Source: a virus (taxonomy: Duplodnaviria > Caudoviricetes). Taken from it: DNA of 64,000 bases. The position numbers and the translations under genes were made by a program. Location of the stretch: positions 1 through 64,000 of IMG/VR virus record IMGVR_UViG_3300031760_000005; one strand, given 5' to 3'. Of this stretch, positions 20,296-29,397 are shown one piece after another. Under the pieces are notes generated by a model. That model saw only the letters and a program-made list of their open reading frames with translations, had not been told where the DNA came from and did no database searches. Position 1 is the stretch's first letter. Every line of letters begins with the position of its first letter.

Positions 20296-20539
20296 TTATA
20301 TCACTAGCTATATTATCTCCAATATTCCAATAATTATCAAATAAAAAATCACAAATATATGTACCTACACTTTTAAAAAAATCATTAGGGTAACGTCCAA
20401 ATAGTATTAGTGAAAATGGAATCCAACACCACCAAATACAAAATCTAATTACTTCAATACACGTCAATCCAACAAAAATTGGAATATAAAATAATCTCCA
20501 AAAAATCATAAAAATAAAACTTATTGCTTTCATTATCAC
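20243..20539 (-). CDS. Membrane protein
   Basis: Hydrophobic, aromatic-rich N-half. Confidence 0.55.
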   Translation of the reverse strand: MIMKAISFIFMIFWRLFYIPIFVGLTCIEVIRFCIWWCWIPFSLILFGRYPNDFFKSVGTYICDFLFDNYWNIGDNIASDINEKKIDLSVLFTTNFWK

Positions 20540-20579
20540 TTAATACTTATAAATTCAATCTTTACAATATATTTTTTTA

Positions 20580-20590
20580 TTATTTTTAAT
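20580..20590 (+). promoter_or_regulatory. Putative late promoter motif TTATTTTTAAT
   Basis: Recurrent 11-mer before plus-strand operon. Confidence 0.45.
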
Positions 20591-20626
20591 AAAATAGTTA
20601 TTTGTAAAATTCAATTCAAGTTATAT

Positions 20627-21229
20627 ATGAAATTGTTATCTGCATTAATATCGGAATCATTAGAAGCAAAATATATAAAATATTTTAAACAAATACTTGC
20701 AACTAATAATGCATTAGTAAAAGATAATAAAATACAGCAAATTGATGTTGATATAAATAATATCGGTTGTCCTGATAAACCATTTTTATTTAATGATTTT
20801 TGTAATGATAAAACTATACGTTCTATTATAGATAATAATTTATTTGGATTCACCGTTATTAATCAAATGTTAAAAATACCTAAAAAATATTTGACAGATA
20901 ACAATAAAGAATTAACACCTGATTGTTGGCCATTTTCATATCAACAAGGAGAAAATATGTATTTTATAGGTTTAGCAATGTTTGATAAAAATGTATCACA
21001 TATAGATAATTTTATAAATTTAGTAGCTATTGAAACATCATTAATTGTAGAAAAATCTTCTCCAGTATTAAAGGAGATGTTAAAACAGGTTATTAAAAAC
21101 ATATCTAAAGAACATCAATATTCAGGTATAACCGCTAAACCAACTCATCCAAAAATGAAAGCCACATTATTAAAACTTGGATTTATTACATTTAAAGATA
21201 ATAAAGATATATTAACATATAAATTATGA
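20627..21229 (+). CDS. GNAT-like fold protein with capsid-targeting-like leader
   Basis: MKLLSALISE; C-terminal INLVAIET...LLKLGF resembles GNAT. Confidence 0.5.
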   Translation: MKLLSALISESLEAKYIKYFKQILATNNALVKDNKIQQIDVDINNIGCPDKPFLFNDFCNDKTIRSIIDNNLFGFTVINQMLKIPKKYLTDNNKELTPDCWPFSYQQGENMYFIGLAMFDKNVSHIDNFINLVAIETSLIVEKSSPVLKEMLKQVIKNISKEHQYSGITAKPTHPKMKATLLKLGFITFKDNKDILTYKL

Positions 21230-22041
21230 AACAAATAAACGAATATTTAAAAGAAAATAATATAGTTAGCATTAATGAAATGCTTACTGCTGGTATAGCT
21301 TTTATTGCTGTATTATGTGGAGCATGTGCATTGCATTTCGGTATTAAATTAGGTAGAAAAATTACTAAATATGCTGGTAACTTTTGGGATTGGGCTATAG
21401 GAGAAAAGGATATTGATGCATCTTTATCTATGACATCTGCTAAAGAATCATTAATGGAATCTGAAGATAAATTTGATAAATCAAAAGTACAACCTATGCA
21501 AATAGATACAGCTGAACATCTTCAAATGGTAGTTGATAAATCAAAACCTAAAATGACTAAAGAAGGTGGTAAAGGTTTCTATATATTTCAACAATTATTT
21601 AAAGAAGATCCAGAATTTAAAAAACTTAATAAAGCTCCTTATTATCCAAATTATGTTATATTTATGGATCCAGGTTCAGAAGATAACCCAAATGAAAAAC
21701 CAAATTTTTACGGAATGTTAGGCTTCTCATTAAAATATTGGGAAGTAGTTGCTAAAAAAGGAAAAACAGAAGAAATAAAAAACATAGGGTCTGAATTTAA
21801 AAAATATATAAATATTTTTGCAGTTCAGACTGATCCACAATATGCTAAACAAGGATTATTTGAAATTTATTTAGAATCACTTAAAAAAGCTTGTAAAGAA
21901 GTTAAAGCAGATGGTTTGACAATTAAATTAGAAAATGATGATTTGTCTAAAGTATTTGAAAAGTATGGTTTTAAAAAAATTGAAGGACTTGACAAATATA
22001 TGAGTTTAACTTTAAAGAAAAAGAAAGATGAAAAGGCTTAA
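21226..22041 (+). CDS. GNAT acetyltransferase-domain protein with leader and hydrophobic helix
   Basis: AVQTDPQYAKQGLF (motif A), VFEKYGF (motif B); MKQINEYLKE. Confidence 0.6.
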   Translation: MKQINEYLKENNIVSINEMLTAGIAFIAVLCGACALHFGIKLGRKITKYAGNFWDWAIGEKDIDASLSMTSAKESLMESEDKFDKSKVQPMQIDTAEHLQMVVDKSKPKMTKEGGKGFYIFQQLFKEDPEFKKLNKAPYYPNYVIFMDPGSEDNPNEKPNFYGMLGFSLKYWEVVAKKGKTEEIKNIGSEFKKYINIFAVQTDPQYAKQGLFEIYLESLKKACKEVKADGLTIKLENDDLSKVFEKYGFKKIEGLDKYMSLTLKKKKDEKA

Positions 22042-22363
22042 ACAATTTATATTAGAAGAATTAGACGTAGATATATTTTGGCTATTAGACAAATGGTTTG
22101 AAAGAAATGAAACTCAAAAATCTGAATTTATTGAGATTGTTATTAAATGCATAAAAGATAAAATTATACAAACACCTAAAATTAAAGAATATTTAAAAAA
22201 TACAACTTTAGAAAAAGATTTAGAAGAATTTGTAAATTTTATTGATAATGAAGTTGAACCAGAAAATGAAAAAGATTATTTTGAAAGATTTAAAGTAATT
22301 GTTAAACAAGTAATAAATTGGAAAGATAATAAAAATCCTTATATAAAAAATGAACCAGTTTAA
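22028..22363 (+). CDS. Putative internal head protein
   Basis: MKRLKQFILE leader. Confidence 0.6.
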   Translation: MKRLKQFILEELDVDIFWLLDKWFERNETQKSEFIEIVIKCIKDKIIQTPKIKEYLKNTTLEKDLEEFVNFIDNEVEPENEKDYFERFKVIVKQVINWKDNKNPYIKNEPV

Positions 22364-22377
22364 ACTGGTTCATTTTT
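22346..22377. terminator. Bidirectional terminator (perfect palindrome)
   Basis: AAAAATGAACCAGTTTAAACTGGTTCATTTTT between convergent operons. Confidence 0.85.
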
Positions 22378-22395
22378 GTTTATAATATTTAAATA

Positions 22396-23670
22396 TTATG
22401 CTACTTTCTTAATATGATTAGTCGTATTATCAAAGAATATTACTGAACCATCTTGACGAGATTCATTATTCCAATTTTGAATAACTTTAATTGCTTGTTC
22501 AGTAAGAAATTTTGCCGTTTTTACTGGAACATTTTGACCAATCTTAGGCAAATTACTTTTATCACCAAACCAGTCAAAATCATGTGGCATACCCATAAGT
22601 TCAAGATATTCACGTATATTGCACATACGTTCACCACTTGGATGTATTGATGTTGTAATACTTCTAAATTGAATTGCTGGGAAATGTTCTTTATAATAAC
22701 AACAATCTGAACCGTACCATCCTAATCCTTTAGAAGTTTTATTACGAATATGTTCAATATAATTACGTGTCTTTTCTTTTATTTCTGGCGTCATCTTATC
22801 ATAAGATTCCATAAATGTTAAAAGCTCATTAATAAGATTACGACGTACAATATTTTTCATAAGACAGCAATCTGTATTATCAATCCATTTATCCCCATAT
22901 TTGTATTTGAAGAAATCTATTACTAAATAATTATAGGGCATTGTTTCACATTCATCTTGATTACTAAGACCTTCTGGAATGTTAGCAAAGAATTCTTCAA
23001 TTGTCATTTTATTGTCTACAAAATCTAATGTGGGTACTTTATTTTCTCCATCAATTTTTTGTATAAACATAACAAATGTTCTTGGACGTTTTTGACAATT
23101 GTAATGTTTCCATGTATCTGTCTTATAATAAACTACTACATATCCATTTTCAGCTGCGATTTTCTCAAATTGCTTACGTAATGTATCGCCTCTAAATCCC
23201 ATAAGAGTTGGTGCATTTTCGAAAAGATAAACTTTAGGACGAATTTTAGTCAACGCTAATTTAACTAAATATAGCATATTACAATTACGTTCATTTTTTG
23301 TATCGTCTTTTGCAGATGTAACCATAGACAAACCTGAACATACAGGTACTGCAACAACTACATCTACATCATAATTTGGCTTTGCTGGCTCACCATTAAG
23401 CGTAATTTCAGGATCCATATCATCCAAATTACACTCAAACATTGCTCTATTCATCTTATAATAAGGCACTTCACGATTTACCTTCTTAAGATAGTTAAGC
23501 AAATAAGCTTCATTTGATACAGAAGTAATATTACCTTCTTTATTCTTTTTAATTTCGTCTAAACCATTATACGTCAATATCCATTCGGCAGGATATCCAA
23601 ATGCTTCTTCTGCACCAAGATACATTCCGCCTGTTAATGGTTGTATAGCCGCCCATTTAATTTTACTCAT
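22396..23670 (-). CDS. C5-cytosine DNA methyltransferase-like protein, atypical motif I
   Basis: VPVCSGLS (IV), LFENAP (VI), QKRPRTF (VIII), IREYLELMGMP..F (IX), IGQNVPV (X); motif I reads QPLTGG. Confidence 0.8.
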   Translation of the reverse strand: MSKIKWAAIQPLTGGMYLGAEEAFGYPAEWILTYNGLDEIKKNKEGNITSVSNEAYLLNYLKKVNREVPYYKMNRAMFECNLDDMDPEITLNGEPAKPNYDVDVVVAVPVCSGLSMVTSAKDDTKNERNCNMLYLVKLALTKIRPKVYLFENAPTLMGFRGDTLRKQFEKIAAENGYVVVYYKTDTWKHYNCQKRPRTFVMFIQKIDGENKVPTLDFVDNKMTIEEFFANIPEGLSNQDECETMPYNYLVIDFFKYKYGDKWIDNTDCCLMKNIVRRNLINELLTFMESYDKMTPEIKEKTRNYIEHIRNKTSKGLGWYGSDCCYYKEHFPAIQFRSITTSIHPSGERMCNIREYLELMGMPHDFDWFGDKSNLPKIGQNVPVKTAKFLTEQAIKVIQNWNNESRQDGSVIFFDNTTNHIKKVA

Positions 23671-24163
23671 ATAATTCTCTATATAAATCTTTTTTTAGTT
23701 TCTTTGCTACCCAAATAGCCATGTCTAAATATGCGCCCTGTCCACCATCAAACTCTGTTACATAATTGGCAACTTCTTTAACTTCTTTACGTGATTGTTT
23801 TGGACAAACAAATATGTCACATAAACCATTTTCAGCTATTTTTAAATCACCGATACCATCGCCAAAGAAAACAATAGTATCGTAATCATTTCTTAATGAT
23901 TCTACAAATTTACGACGTTCAACTTCACTATATACCTCTAATCTGCTATTTGACATGTCAGCCAAACGCTTCTGTACAATAGGAAGTCCAGTTTTGTCAG
24001 CAGTCACAAATATAACATCAATATCGTTCTTTTTGAGAAGTTTTACACCTTCGTGATCGCCTACACCAAATTTCTTCATTACCTTACCATTGGAGGTATA
24101 ATACATACCTCCATCAGTAAGACAACCATCTACATCGCTTATTACTACAATTCTATTGTTCAT
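23663..24163 (-). CDS. KdsC-family HAD sugar-phosphate phosphatase
   Basis: DVDGCLTDG, KKF...D..G, FGDGIGD, GGQGA. Confidence 0.85.
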   Translation of the reverse strand: MNNRIVVISDVDGCLTDGGMYYTSNGKVMKKFGVGDHEGVKLLKKNDIDVIFVTADKTGLPIVQKRLADMSNSRLEVYSEVERRKFVESLRNDYDTIVFFGDGIGDLKIAENGLCDIFVCPKQSRKEVKEVANYVTEFDGGQGAYLDMAIWVAKKLKKDLYRELYE

Positions 24164-24165
24164 AA

Positions 24166-25515
24166 TTAAACTTTATTAGGATCAAACACATTCTTAGAGA
24201 AGTGGTCAAATATTGATTCACATCCTTCTTTATTAATATAGTCAAATCCAAGATCTTTTGCAATAGTATTAAAGATAAAATTATTCATTCTTTTACCTGT
24301 CAAATCATCTTCATCAATACAAGCAAAACATTCATTTAAAAGATTTAGATACTTATCCTTGTCGGCATCCAATTCTCTCATCTTATTTAAAAAGTCTTTC
24401 TCATCCTTAAGGTAACAATATTCTGGAAGTCCAAGAAGACGATCTTTATCATAATCAGGGTGAATAAATGGAATCAATCCCTTAATGATCATTTCCCATG
24501 CCTTAACTGTAACAAAACCAGGAAGAATAGAATAAACTAATGAATAACGAGCGTCTGCCACTTCATTATCAAGCTCAACTAATGGCTTGTCAACAATTTG
24601 TGGATATTTCTCATATGTCTTGTCATCCCATGTTCCATAAATCTTTGTACCTTCAAATTCTGTTCCCTTAAGATTATCAATTATATATTTTTTATAACCA
24701 GGAAGACGTGAACTCTTACCACCATTTGCTCTATTTGGATTTTTTTGACCACATCCATTAGAAATTACAATAAGATGTTCACCCTTAGTATTTAACTTAC
24801 GATCAATATCAATATTCTCTTTCCAATTCTTATCAAGACCCATCATAAAGATACGTTCAACATATCCATAAATACACTTAATTTTCTCTGTGGTCTTTGA
24901 CCAATCTGTTTCAGACTTGATGTGTTCTATTGGCTCATAATAACCATTTGTTTGCGTAAAGATAATACGCTCACGATTATATAAGTCAGCAGCATTTGTT
25001 GTAATATAACGCGCGTCTTCTGAAATAAGATAGAATGGAACTCCAGTTTGGTTAAGTGTGTAAATATATGGACCTACATAATTTTTAAATGCGTTCAAAA
25101 CTTTTACATACTCACCAGTCTTATCACTCTTAATAAAGTTAGGTATATTTATAACTGAACACATACCTGACATAAGAAGTGCAAAATCTATCTTAATATC
25201 ATTATCTACAAAATATTGAAGAATAGGAGCAAATGGATGTTTACCTTCTGCTTCATAGTCTGCTCCATATGCTGAATGTACATTATGATTTGGGAAAATA
25301 TAATCATATTCCTCATCACTAAGCTTATTCATCTGATTAGGACCAACCCAGAAGAAATTATATTCTGGGTTCATACGAGCAATTGATGAATAAAAAATCA
25401 TACATGCGTCACCACCTGTACGAATATCAAGATTTTTAAATTTTATTGATTTACCAATTTTACCGATTAAAATGTTTTTTTCTGCTTTACGATTAATTTC
25501 AAATACTGTTTCCAT
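24166..25515 (-). CDS. DNA glycosyltransferase, T4 beta-glucosyltransferase-like GT-B fold
   Basis: C-terminal FVTVKAWEM...FIHPDYD...Y.....F..KMREL parallels the BGT nucleotide-sugar domain; operon with dCMP hydroxymethylase. Confidence 0.7.
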   Translation of the reverse strand: METVFEINRKAEKNILIGKIGKSIKFKNLDIRTGGDACMIFYSSIARMNPEYNFFWVGPNQMNKLSDEEYDYIFPNHNVHSAYGADYEAEGKHPFAPILQYFVDNDIKIDFALLMSGMCSVINIPNFIKSDKTGEYVKVLNAFKNYVGPYIYTLNQTGVPFYLISEDARYITTNAADLYNRERIIFTQTNGYYEPIEHIKSETDWSKTTEKIKCIYGYVERIFMMGLDKNWKENIDIDRKLNTKGEHLIVISNGCGQKNPNRANGGKSSRLPGYKKYIIDNLKGTEFEGTKIYGTWDDKTYEKYPQIVDKPLVELDNEVADARYSLVYSILPGFVTVKAWEMIIKGLIPFIHPDYDKDRLLGLPEYCYLKDEKDFLNKMRELDADKDKYLNLLNECFACIDEDDLTGKRMNNFIFNTIAKDLGFDYINKEGCESIFDHFSKNVFDPNKV

Positions 25516-25521
25516 ATTAAA

Positions 25522-27186
25522 TTATTTTGTTTTTATTGAATTTTCTTTTCCTAATAATTTCATTAAATTTACATATAATGTCAACTTGCCCATATAGAAT
25601 AAAAATTTAGATACTGGATTTAGGAAGTACAATGGAGACATACTTACCCAACATGCACCTGTTATCATTTCAATATATGGAAATCTTACACCATAGTTAT
25701 ATTCTACAAATTCTTTTAACACTTGTTTACAATCATATACATAATTATTGCAAAGAATATTTATATATATATCATTTGGATCTGACTCATCAATGTAAAA
25801 TAAATCATTATATGCACTATTAAAATTAAATGTAATATTATGATTCATTTTACCAAAGTCATAATTCTTATCTCCATATTTTACGATTTCAATAAAGTTA
25901 GGACGCCAGTCTAATAAGATATACTTATCATTCTTTCTGTCATATAACATGTTATCTAAAACAAAATCGCCATGCCATCCAGTTGGACATGAATTTTTCC
26001 ACTCAGGTAAATTCATCATTTCTTTAAGCATTCTTTCTATTGTCCACTCTTTGGGAATAAGAATATCATTTACATATATGTCATGATCTTCATCAACTTT
26101 ATAAAAATCTTTAAATTGATTTACTCTATCTATATTTTTCTTAATATAGAATTTCTCCATAGAGGAAAAAAAAATGTTATCATCAACCTCTTCAGTTTTA
26201 TCCTTCCAAAAATCATTATCCTTAAGATAATTCATTAATTTCTTAAAACGTACAGGATTCATTTTATCGATAGCATTTTCTGCATCAATATAATCATAAC
26301 ATAAAAAGTTTTTAGTGTATTCTGTTATAGGTTGACAAAAATCTTTAATCACTTCATAATGACCAATCAAATCATCAACTACACCATCTTTCGCAAAGAA
26401 CTTAATTACTTTATTATTGATAATAAAAATTGCTTGATCGTTTTTATCAAGAATAAAAAATTGATCTTTACAAGCTTTACGAGCATTCTTTACGCCTGCA
26501 ATATTACCAGTATCTGTCCAGTTATCAACTTTAATTGCTCTTAAATTATTTTTGAACATACCATACTTATGATAAACCAAGAAATCATAAGGAGTCTTTT
26601 CATTTTCAAGAGCTTTATGCATGTATTCCCAGAATGTCTTATAATCATATATACCGCAAATACCAATAAATGATAACATACCTGCCAAAGAATCAGGCTT
26701 CATATAAGTCTTAATCAATTTATAAGACTCATATTTACCTTTAAGTCTTGTATTTACATCATAGTCAAACGCATCATATAATTCAGAATTAAGGGTTTCA
26801 TATCCTACTAAGAAGTTATAATCAAACTTCATAGGAATTTGTTCTTGAAGATTATCAACTATAGTATCGCAATCATGATAAATAAATGGTTCTTGTAAAT
26901 ATTTCTCAGCTTGTAATTGTGAATAAACTTGAGAAGATCCAGGACCATCATATTTATCAACTTCAACTAATGTAATATTCTTATTAGGATATGCTAATGA
27001 AAGATATTGTCTTACATGATCACCAAAATAACCTAATGAAATTACAAATTCCGTATCTTCAGGATATGAGTCAATAATATAAGAAATAACTGGACGCTTG
27101 CCAATCTTAATCATTGACTTATTTGTATATTTGGTAAGTTCAAGTAATCTTGAACCAATACCGGAAGTTGTTATAAATACTTTCAT
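25522..27186 (-). CDS. Sugar nucleotidyltransferase fused to APH/choline-kinase-like phosphotransferase
   Basis: N-term SGIGSRL..LT....K, HDCD, WTDTG; C-term HGDFVLDN, LLDWR, GDKNYDFGK. Confidence 0.85.
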   Translation of the reverse strand: MKVFITTSGIGSRLLELTKYTNKSMIKIGKRPVISYIIDSYPEDTEFVISLGYFGDHVRQYLSLAYPNKNITLVEVDKYDGPGSSQVYSQLQAEKYLQEPFIYHDCDTIVDNLQEQIPMKFDYNFLVGYETLNSELYDAFDYDVNTRLKGKYESYKLIKTYMKPDSLAGMLSFIGICGIYDYKTFWEYMHKALENEKTPYDFLVYHKYGMFKNNLRAIKVDNWTDTGNIAGVKNARKACKDQFFILDKNDQAIFIINNKVIKFFAKDGVVDDLIGHYEVIKDFCQPITEYTKNFLCYDYIDAENAIDKMNPVRFKKLMNYLKDNDFWKDKTEEVDDNIFFSSMEKFYIKKNIDRVNQFKDFYKVDEDHDIYVNDILIPKEWTIERMLKEMMNLPEWKNSCPTGWHGDFVLDNMLYDRKNDKYILLDWRPNFIEIVKYGDKNYDFGKMNHNITFNFNSAYNDLFYIDESDPNDIYINILCNNYVYDCKQVLKEFVEYNYGVRFPYIEMITGACWVSMSPLYFLNPVSKFLFYMGKLTLYVNLMKLLGKENSIKTK

Positions 27187-27199
27187 ATTACTTTAAATA

Positions 27200-27889
27200 T
27201 TAATTATTAATTTTTATTGCATTACGTAATTCTTCTACACTTTTTTCCAATGGTTGATCTTTTCTAAACAAACCTGATGTTCCGCCAACAAATATGTCAA
27301 CACCATCTTTTGATAATTTCTTTGCTCTATCAACAGATACTCCTCCATCAACTGATACTGCAATATTATTATATCCAATTGAATCTAAATAATTTCTAAC
27401 ATATAAAGGCTTATTCAATATACCTCTAATAATTGGTTGACCAGCAAATCCAGGATTAATCAACATAACCAATATCATATCAGTATGTGTCAAATTATAA
27501 TCACTAAAACCTTCAATAGATGTTTCAGGATTGATAGCTATTCCAATTTTTACGCCACGTTTCTTAAGTGATACTAAATATTCGAATGCTTCATTAAAAT
27601 TTTTATTGTCTATTTCAGCATGTATAGTAACAATATCGCCTTCTGACAATTCCAATCTTTCAATAAACATCAACGGATTGTCTACCATTAAATGATAATC
27701 ACATGGCAATTTTGTTACACGATGAATTGCATTTAATATGTCAGGACCAAATGTAATATTATTCACAAAATGTCCATCCATTGCATCTAAATGCAGCATA
27801 TCTATACCTAACTTTTCTAACTCTTCTATGTCATGTGCCAAATTCATTAAATTTGGTGTACACATTATTGATGCTGATATCTGTTTCAT
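27200..27889 (-). CDS. Ribulose-phosphate 3-epimerase family, AlsE (allulose-6-P 3-epimerase)-like
   Basis: HLDAMDGHFV, DYHLMV, NPET, PGFAGQP, VDGG, GTSGLF; N-term SIMC. Confidence 0.85.
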   Translation of the reverse strand: MKQISASIMCTPNLMNLAHDIEELEKLGIDMLHLDAMDGHFVNNITFGPDILNAIHRVTKLPCDYHLMVDNPLMFIERLELSEGDIVTIHAEIDNKNFNEAFEYLVSLKKRGVKIGIAINPETSIEGFSDYNLTHTDMILVMLINPGFAGQPIIRGILNKPLYVRNYLDSIGYNNIAVSVDGGVSVDRAKKLSKDGVDIFVGGTSGLFRKDQPLEKSVEELRNAIKINN

Positions 27890-28668
27890 GATTTTTTAAT
27901 TTTATTTGATTGTTCATTTAACTGTTGATAGTAATTATAAACATTTTGCTTTGTCTCAAAACTTGTTAGGATGTCAAAATGTCTTTCATAAATATGCAAT
28001 GAACCGGCATTCCAATACATATTACCTTCTATTAAATTCTTACCATATTTTTCAAAATAACGATTATGTAAATTATCAGTTAATTTAACTAATACATCCC
28101 ACATCCATAGCGCATCATTGTTAAAACCAAATACTGCATCATTTGACCTAAAATTAACAATGCAATCTATATAGTCATTTTTGTCATCATATTCATTTAT
28201 AAAATACTGAACATTTTGGCAACACATAAAATCATGCATTCCATCTTTATTATAATCTTGTTGCATAGATGGACGATTATAAATCATTATTGCTTCACGA
28301 GTATGTGGATCATTTAACAAATGTTGTGCGCAATTATCAAATTGGTACCCATTATCTTTTGAAAATATACACCAACCATAATTTGAATTGATATAACCCA
28401 ATGGTGTTGCACACACTTTCCACATTTTTGGAGCACCTCCCGGTATGTCATTCACATTTAATGATTGTGATAAATACCATGCCTTTTCTCTATCGTAATA
28501 ATCATAATTAGGTTCACGAACAATCCAACATTTATCAACTTCAAAATGCGCATTTTGAATTTCCAATGTTTTTGATTGTTGAACTGCATTACCAATTATA
28601 CGAAACTCATTTTTTTCATATTTGTTAATAAAAATATTGAATATATCTCTTGTATTCATATTATTCAT
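27886..28668 (-). CDS. dCMP hydroxymethylase (T4 gp42-like)
   Basis: DIPG..PK.W, INSNYGW, RPSMQ.DYNKDGM.DFMC, RSNDAVFGFNND (cytosine-specifying Asp), GSLHIYERHF. Confidence 0.9.
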   Translation of the reverse strand: MNNMNTRDIFNIFINKYEKNEFRIIGNAVQQSKTLEIQNAHFEVDKCWIVREPNYDYYDREKAWYLSQSLNVNDIPGGAPKMWKVCATPLGYINSNYGWCIFSKDNGYQFDNCAQHLLNDPHTREAIMIYNRPSMQQDYNKDGMHDFMCCQNVQYFINEYDDKNDYIDCIVNFRSNDAVFGFNNDALWMWDVLVKLTDNLHNRYFEKYGKNLIEGNMYWNAGSLHIYERHFDILTSFETKQNVYNYYQQLNEQSNKIKKS

Positions 28669-29206
28669 TTATAAATTTCCATGCGTCATCATATATTTCT
28701 TTAGGTAATCTAAATTGATCACCATCATTAATATATATAAGTTGTTTTTTAGGTAAAATAGATTTATCAAAAATTTTTTTAAAACGGTCTACTTCCTTAT
28801 GAATGTATTCTATTTTGTTTTTTGATAAAGATTTACCATCGTCATTATTAAATAAAAGCTTATCAGAATTACATAATAATTGAATATAATAAACATCAAT
28901 ATTATGTTTTAAATATATTTCATCAATTTCATTAATAATATCTAAAGCATCATTATCAGATATACCTCTATATAAACATCCATAGACATATTCTCCATAA
29001 TGACTTCTATTTAATATAACTGCATCAGTATCATAAACTTTGTTTACAATAGAATATGCATAACCTCTGAAAATTGTATTTTGAATATATTTATTTTCAG
29101 GTTTTGTATAATGAATATTAGTAACAGTTAAAAAATTTTCTCCTAATTTATTTATGAGTGTGTTTTTTCCACAATTATCAGGACCTTCAACAATAATTAA
29201 TTTCAT
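28661..29206 (-). CDS. dNMP/thymidylate kinase-like protein
   Basis: EGPDNCGKNT P-loop, NRSHYGEYVYG..YR. Confidence 0.85.
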   Translation of the reverse strand: MKLIIVEGPDNCGKNTLINKLGENFLTVTNIHYTKPENKYIQNTIFRGYAYSIVNKVYDTDAVILNRSHYGEYVYGCLYRGISDNDALDIINEIDEIYLKHNIDVYYIQLLCNSDKLLFNNDDGKSLSKNKIEYIHKEVDRFKKIFDKSILPKKQLIYINDGDQFRLPKEIYDDAWKFINE

Positions 29207-29337
29207 TAAATTCTATAACATATATTTCTATTATGAATATAGAACATTTTTAATTAATTTTTAGAAAAATCTGTATTTTTATTCTAAATAAATTCTTATA
29301 TTCATCTTCATAATTTAATATAGAAATTAGAGAATAT

Positions 29338-29348
29338 TTATTTTTAAT
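29338..29348 (+). promoter_or_regulatory. Putative late promoter motif TTATTTTTAAT
   Basis: Recurrent 11-mer. Confidence 0.45.
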
Positions 29349-29397
29349 AAATATGATTTATATTCATATTCATTTATAAATATTTTAATTAAATCTA

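Noticed and set aside
23663-27889. Host LPS/capsule or pentose-phosphate auxiliary genes
   Set aside because: They are interleaved and tightly coupled with dCMP hydroxymethylase, dNMP kinase and a BGT-like gene, which favours DNA modification; not formally excluded
27886-28668. Ordinary thymidylate synthase or dUMP hydroxymethylase
   Set aside because: Sequence follows T4 gp42 closely and has Asp (FGFNND), not Asn, at the base-specificity position
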